From assembly GCA_045658925.1 (NCBI GenBank), contig JAZOVV010000070.1:5526-69525 (forward strand): DNA of 64,000 nucleotides, written 5' to 3'. The notes under the pieces were generated by a model that made no database searches, was not told the DNA's origin, and was given only the letters and a program-made list of their open reading frames with translations. Below are positions 59,266 to 64,000 of this stretch, piece after piece. Each line of letters begins with the position of its first letter. The first letter of the stretch is position 1. Both the position numbers and the translations under genes were made by a program. The DNA comes from Eubacteriales bacterium (GTDB lineage: Bacteria > Bacillota > Clostridia > Oscillospirales > CAG-272).

Positions 59266-62055
59266 TTATTGCTTAACCCACTTTGCGTAGATGGTGAAGT
59301 CGTTGCAATAGGTGGTTGCCGTGAAAGGCATGGTGCATGCGTAATCCATATACCAACCTTCAAACTTGTAACCTGCCTTTTGGGGAGCGTTGGGAAGAAC
59401 GATTTCTTCACCTACCAGGCCGCTAATCGTGCCAATCAAGAGGCCGTCGCCTGCATCGGTGTTGCCGTTCATCGTTTTGCCGCCCGTAAGAGTAATGGTA
59501 ATCTCACCCGTGAACGCTTCGGGTAATTCCCAAACAACCTGATAGATGGATGCTTTGGTTTCGTACTTATCTCTTTGGTAGTAAACAGTCAAGATCTTGC
59601 CGTTGGAAATTTCAACAGAAGACGTATAACCAAGGTCGGAGAGGTTATCACTGGTTACTCTTGCATCGGTCGTCAAAACAACTTCACGCGTCCAAGTAAG
59701 ACCGCCATCGTAGCTCAGACGAGCACGGATACCCAAAACGTCCTTGTCTCTTTCGGTATAAGAAACCGTACCGCCTGTGTTGGGATCGACGTAAATGCCG
59801 CGATAACCATAGGTCATAACCATAACGCCACTGCTGTGACGGAACATATGTGCGGGGCTTTCCTGTACGTTTGCAATCTTGCGCCATTCGCCAAACTTGT
59901 TGGCACCGGGCTGCAGCTCGCATTGGTAAAGTCCCTTGTCTGCACGCATAACAACAATGAGGACACCGTCGTCGTTATACAGACCGTAGGGCTCTTGGAA
60001 GTCCCAAGAATACTGTGTATCCGAATCGGCAATAACAATCGCATCGGACCAAATAAAGCCGTTTTCATCCATTTCACCGGTTGTGGTTCTAACAGCAATA
60101 CCGGTTCCCCATCTCTTCAATACCTTGTCATATTTAAGGTATCCAACAGAGGTCAAGCCGCCATCGGGATTGACGATAAGACCGTGAGGGGTAAACATAC
60201 CCTCGGGCATACTGTAAATCTCGCTCCAAGTCTTGCCGCCGTCCTCACTGACGATGTAGTTACCGCCCATCAGCTTGGTGTCAAGTGCTTCGGGAATACT
60301 GCTTGCCCACTCGGCATACTTGTCTCTATCCTGTCTGCGGAAATATTCCTTAGATGCGCAGAACCAAGAAACGATGATTTTACCGTTCCAATATACAACG
60401 CCCGCGTCGCGGTCGTCAAGAACGGTATCCTGCAGAAGCTGAGGCTCACTCCAGGTCTTGCCCTCGTCCTCGGAATACCAGCAAACAAGCTTACCCTCGA
60501 TATCGATGTGCTCGTTACGCATACCGGAAGAAACCGCAATCAAACGCGTGCCGTCCAGCTTAGCGACCGAAGGCCAAGCAAAGTAGCCGTACGGTTCATT
60601 ACCCTTGTAGCAAACAACGGTTTTGAGTGCGTTATCAATAACGTAAGTGTATTCGGGTTCGCCGAGTTCAAAGTTGTAGTAGTAAAGGTCAACGCTTCTG
60701 CCACCCCAAATGTAGAAGGTGGGGTTGAGAGATTCGTTGATATCCAAAACGATGTGATAGGTTTCGCCTGTGGAAAGAACTACGTGAGGCTTACCGCTCT
60801 TATCGTTTACAGGGATGGATTTGCCATTGGAATCGACAACAGATACGAACTTTGCACTGTTGGTAATTTGGAACTCCATATCTGTATTGCCGGCAGTATT
60901 GGACGAGCGTTTAACGTAAAGGTCGAAAGAAAGGCGACCGTATTTACCGACTGTGCGGAATGCAAGCGCGGTTTGGTCTACCGTGGGACCTGCTTGCTTA
61001 ACGTAATGGTAGCCGTACTCGAAGTCGATGCCCTCGGGTGCCTCTTCAACGTATTGGAAGGTCGCATAAGATTGGCAAGAAACCAAAGATTCGAAGCGAC
61101 GGCGCAAGAATTCATCGTAGTTATCCTTATCGTAGGTGGTAACGTAGAAGTGGGTTGAACCATTGTTGGTGCATACCTGAATGGCAACCTTTTCACCAAC
61201 AAAGGTTTCGTAGTATTCCTTCTTCAAAACCACTGCGTTTTCTTGAATTTCGTAGAGCGCAGCATCGATTTTTCCGGTTGCATCCTCAAGCCAAACATCG
61301 GTTGCACCGTCAAAATCGGCATAAAAGCTTGCGCTTTCCTCAAAGGTGAGCGCCGCACCGTTGGCTACGGACATATTGTATGCATAGGTAACGTTATAAA
61401 CCATACGAACCGAGAAGGTTTGTCCTGCGGCATCGGTAGCATTGTAGTACATCAAATAGCTACCCTCGCAATTTTCAAAGCGCATAGATCTTTCACCAAC
61501 GGTGAAGGAGAGAGCATTGCCAAAGCAATCGGCAATGGTGATGCACTTGGTAAAGTTATTGGAATCGACAGCCTTTTGATAGTTGAGTTGAACTTGGTCG
61601 CCTTCAACTGCTTTTCCGTCAACGGTAACGTTAACGTAGTTGGCATAAACCCAAACCGCTACCGTTGCCTCTTTAATGCCCCATTTGCAGGTAATCGTAT
61701 ATTTGCCGGATTTGGAAAAATCGAGTTTACCGCTTACGTCAAATACGATTCCTACGGGAAGCTCCAATGCCGTGGCAATATCCGCATGTAATTCCTCTTC
61801 GGTAACGTCAGCTCCCACCGCGTAGCGCAAGGTAGGAACCGAAGCCTCGGGCGGTTGCTCGGGCGTGATAGGTTGTTGGGGAGTGGTTGTTTCGGGTTTG
61901 TTTGTTTGGGGTGTATTTCCATTTGCTTGACCGGATGCACTATTTTCCCGACGAATGATTATCCATACGAGGGGAGATAAAAGCAAACAAATGGCAAGAA
62001 GGAAGGCTAAGCACGCAGACAAGCGCGCCTTGCCGGAAGGATTGTTTCCGCTCAT
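59266..62055 (-). CDS. Membrane-anchored surface protein: unknown N-terminal domains, a BNR/Asp-box (sialidase-like) beta-propeller, and a C-terminal Listeria-Bacteroides-type repeat
   Basis: N-terminal anchor LSACLAFLLAICLLLSPLVWIII. Asp-boxes SEDEGKTWS, SEDGGKTWS, SYDGGLTWT. C-terminal AGYKFEGWYMDYACTMPF...FTIYAKW. Confidence 0.85.
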   Translation of the reverse strand: MSGNNPSGKARLSACLAFLLAICLLLSPLVWIIIRRENSASGQANGNTPQTNKPETTTPQQPITPEQPPEASVPTLRYAVGADVTEEELHADIATALELPVGIVFDVSGKLDFSKSGKYTITCKWGIKEATVAVWVYANYVNVTVDGKAVEGDQVQLNYQKAVDSNNFTKCITIADCFGNALSFTVGERSMRFENCEGSYLMYYNATDAAGQTFSVRMVYNVTYAYNMSVANGAALTFEESASFYADFDGATDVWLEDATGKIDAALYEIQENAVVLKKEYYETFVGEKVAIQVCTNNGSTHFYVTTYDKDNYDEFLRRRFESLVSCQSYATFQYVEEAPEGIDFEYGYHYVKQAGPTVDQTALAFRTVGKYGRLSFDLYVKRSSNTAGNTDMEFQITNSAKFVSVVDSNGKSIPVNDKSGKPHVVLSTGETYHIVLDINESLNPTFYIWGGRSVDLYYYNFELGEPEYTYVIDNALKTVVCYKGNEPYGYFAWPSVAKLDGTRLIAVSSGMRNEHIDIEGKLVCWYSEDEGKTWSEPQLLQDTVLDDRDAGVVYWNGKIIVSWFCASKEYFRRQDRDKYAEWASSIPEALDTKLMGGNYIVSEDGGKTWSEIYSMPEGMFTPHGLIVNPDGGLTSVGYLKYDKVLKRWGTGIAVRTTTGEMDENGFIWSDAIVIADSDTQYSWDFQEPYGLYNDDGVLIVVMRADKGLYQCELQPGANKFGEWRKIANVQESPAHMFRHSSGVMVMTYGYRGIYVDPNTGGTVSYTERDKDVLGIRARLSYDGGLTWTREVVLTTDARVTSDNLSDLGYTSSVEISNGKILTVYYQRDKYETKASIYQVVWELPEAFTGEITITLTGGKTMNGNTDAGDGLLIGTISGLVGEEIVLPNAPQKAGYKFEGWYMDYACTMPFTATTYCNDFTIYAKWVKQ

Positions 62056-62142
62056 TTTTGTGTGTTCCTTTCAAAACAAAGATCCAATATCAAAGGCAGA
62101 GCAAGCATGCAGTTTTTTTGCTCTCCTTTTTAAAAGCATTTC

Positions 62143-62194
62143 AAAAACAAACGCCGGTAAAAGTTCAAATTGTATTCTGACACTTTTACCGGCG
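62143..62194 (-). terminator. Intrinsic terminator
   Basis: CGCCGGTAAAAGT / ACTTTTACCGGCG (13 bp), then TTTGTTTTT on the minus strand. Confidence 0.8.
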
Positions 62195-62237
62195 CTGCTC
62201 TATGCCCTAGGGCACAGATTTATTGAATTGAGTTCAA

Positions 62238-64000
62238 TTAAGCGTTTTGATCGTTGTTTTCAACTGCCTCTTCAGCAACAGCCTCTTCTACAGGTTCTTC
62301 TGCTGCAACAGCCTCTTCAACAACTTCCTCAGTTGCAACCTCTTCTACGATTGCTTCTTCTACGGGAGCCTCTTCGACTACAGCTTCTTCAGCCTCGGGA
62401 GCAGCTACGGGAATAGCGGCAACCATCATCTTGATGATACCCTCGTTAACCAGCTCTTCGGTGGTCTTGAAAGGCATTCTGTAATCAACCTCTTGGAAGG
62501 TCTTCTTCTTAGGCAGTTGGAGCTTTTCTTCGCAAAGAATAGTCAGAAGTTCGAGAGCGTGCTTAAACTTGCGTTCGCCCTTAACCTTGAGCAGTACAGG
62601 AACTGCTGCGTACTTCTTCTTAGCAGACATATCTGTGAAGTTGTACTTGCTGTCAGCCAATTCTTCGGGGCTCAAACCGATGTAAACGTACAGCGTGCGA
62701 GTCTTTGCATTGAACTTAGCAAGAGGTGTTCTGCCAACGTTGAAGGATTCAAAGTTCCAGCTGATACGGTTCTTAACACCCTTGTAAGAGAGCAGGAGAT
62801 TCTTAATAGCATTGTAGTAATCTTGAATGCTACCCTGCGATTGTGCAAGGCGAGACAGGTAGCTGCGGCGATAACGGGTTACCAACTGAACCTCACCGCG
62901 GCTTTCTTGCTCAAGCATTTCTGCATAACGGTCTGCTTCAGCGATTGCATCGATGTAATCGAGAGGCATAGAACCGAATCCACCGAAGGACTCATCTTCG
63001 TCATCCTCGGACTCTTCTGCTTCTGCAGCAGGAGCAACAGCCTCTTCAACAACTTCTTCAACAACTTCTTCAACAACGGGCTCCTCAACAACCTCTTCAG
63101 CAACGGGCTCTTCGTCTTCGACCAGAGCGATTGCATCGGTTGCATCTGCGGATTCGTTGAAGTTTTCAGCCATAGCGTCTGCAACAGCTTGCTGTACCTC
63201 TTCGGATACGTCAATACCGTTGTCTGCGTCAACTTGGTCTGCAAGTTCGTCTGCGATTTGGTCAGCCTTTTCACCGAGAGCATCTTCAGCGGTTTCAAGC
63301 TCGATGCCGGCAACCTCAGCGTTGAGGTCATCCATAGCCTCTGCAACAGCATCGGTAGCATCCACGTCAGCTTCTGCTTCTTCGGGAGCAACTTCTTCTG
63401 CAAGAGCATCTGCCAAAGCGTCAACGCCTTCTTCAATGACTGCATCGGGATCGTCGATAACGTCGGGAATAACAACGGGTTCAACCTCGGGAACGTTGCC
63501 TTCGGTTTCAACAGCGATAACAGGATTTCTGCCGCTCTTTTCAAGCTGGATGAGCTTCATGCCGACAAGAATCGGAACGACAACGAGCAGGATGAGAGCG
63601 ATGAGAACGATAAGTGCAATACCGATTGCGGAGCCCCAGAAAGGAACCTCGAAATCGGGAGCGAGCATAAAGGTGATCTCGCCTGCGGGAACATAGCCTT
63701 CAATAATATAGTAGGAACCGTCCTCGCTCAAGCTTACGGAGTAGGTATCTTTTGCGGCTGCCTTGTCGGTGCCGTTGTAGATGTAGAGATTATCAGCCGA
63801 CATAGGCAGACAATTCTTCTTTGCAATGATATCAGCAGATACGGGAATGAGAATGCTGAATGCGTCGCCTGCATTTGCACCGGTGATGTTGATGGTGTAG
63901 CCCTTGTAGGTCTTCAAACCGCGAATTGCCTTGCGAGCAAACTCGGTGGGAACACTCAGGGTTGCGGTAACGGAGTTGGAAATACCGTTTTCACCAAGGA
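62238..64000 (-). CDS. Single-TM protein with long acidic low-complexity regions flanking a conserved-looking basic domain; 5'-truncated by the window edge
   Basis: The frame stays open from the track's TTG at 63917 to nt 64000, so the N-terminus lies outside the window. TM GSAIGIALIVLIALILLVVVPILVG. E/A/V/D-rich tracts. Central RYRRSYLSRLAQS...KFNAKTRTLYVYIGL domain not recognised. Confidence 0.75.
   Translation of the reverse strand, partial: LGENGISNSVTATLSVPTEFARKAIRGLKTYKGYTINITGANAGDAFSILIPVSADIIAKKNCLPMSADNLYIYNGTDKAAAKDTYSVSLSEDGSYYIIEGYVPAGEITFMLAPDFEVPFWGSAIGIALIVLIALILLVVVPILVGMKLIQLEKSGRNPVIAVETEGNVPEVEPVVIPDVIDDPDAVIEEGVDALADALAEEVAPEEAEADVDATDAVAEAMDDLNAEVAGIELETAEDALGEKADQIADELADQVDADNGIDVSEEVQQAVADAMAENFNESADATDAIALVEDEEPVAEEVVEEPVVEEVVEEVVEEAVAPAAEAEESEDDEDESFGGFGSMPLDYIDAIAEADRYAEMLEQESRGEVQLVTRYRRSYLSRLAQSQGSIQDYYNAIKNLLLSYKGVKNRISWNFESFNVGRTPLAKFNAKTRTLYVYIGLSPEELADSKYNFTDMSAKKKYAAVPVLLKVKGERKFKHALELLTILCEEKLQLPKKKTFQEVDYRMPFKTTEELVNEGIIKMMVAAIPVAAPEAEEAVVEEAPVEEAIVEEVATEEVVEEAVAAEEPVEEAVAEEAVENNDQNA

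Overview
The window looks like chromosomal DNA from a Firmicutes/Clostridia-type bacterium. Evidence: AGGAGG-type RBSs, many TTGACA-17nt-TATAAT promoters, lipobox lipoproteins and a rimP-nusA-ylxR-ylxQ-infB operon. I call 45 protein genes, 2 tRNAs (Arg-ACG, Ala-GGC), one extra 30-aa sORF candidate and several candidate structured RNAs or repeats. The first half (1-33 kb) is a cell-surface/secretome block with three parts. (1) A Cys-repeat protein of more than 2395 aa, cut by the window edge, built from three modules. Each module ends in a Listeria-Bacteroides-type repeat plus an EEP (endonuclease/exonuclease/phosphatase) fold, and only the last EEP keeps its catalytic residues. (2) A roughly 15.7-kb minus-strand operon coupling a 2445-aa S8 cell-envelope protease fused to BspA-type LRRs, a lipoprotein, a 924-aa membrane-anchored OppA and OppBCDF. 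(3) Divergent from it, two adjacent operons that together look like an uncharacterised extracytoplasmic thiol-redox system. They encode a NapH-like polyferredoxin membrane protein fused to an apparently outward-facing CGPC thioredoxin, a 5-TM partner ending in a CXXC tail, a CGPC-thioredoxin lipoprotein and a Cys-repeat lipoprotein. The second half is mostly housekeeping and small enzymes: MoxR-DUF58, RACo-like protein, NUDIX, GNAT, infB operon, orphan mazF, metallophosphoesterase, two VanZ, proS, tmk, cysE. It ends with two more surface proteins. The notable non-coding signals are: tandem structured repeats downstream of both tRNAs, each ending in a pseudo-copy of that tRNA's 3' end; a 29-bp inverted repeat that sequesters the tRNA-Ala 3' end; a cluster of seven hairpins after mazF; and a roughly 220-nt RNA with paired ends (6S-like or an orphan leader). 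I saw no CRISPR array, transposase, integrase or phage genes. All domain calls come from motif recognition by eye, and no database search or folding program was run.
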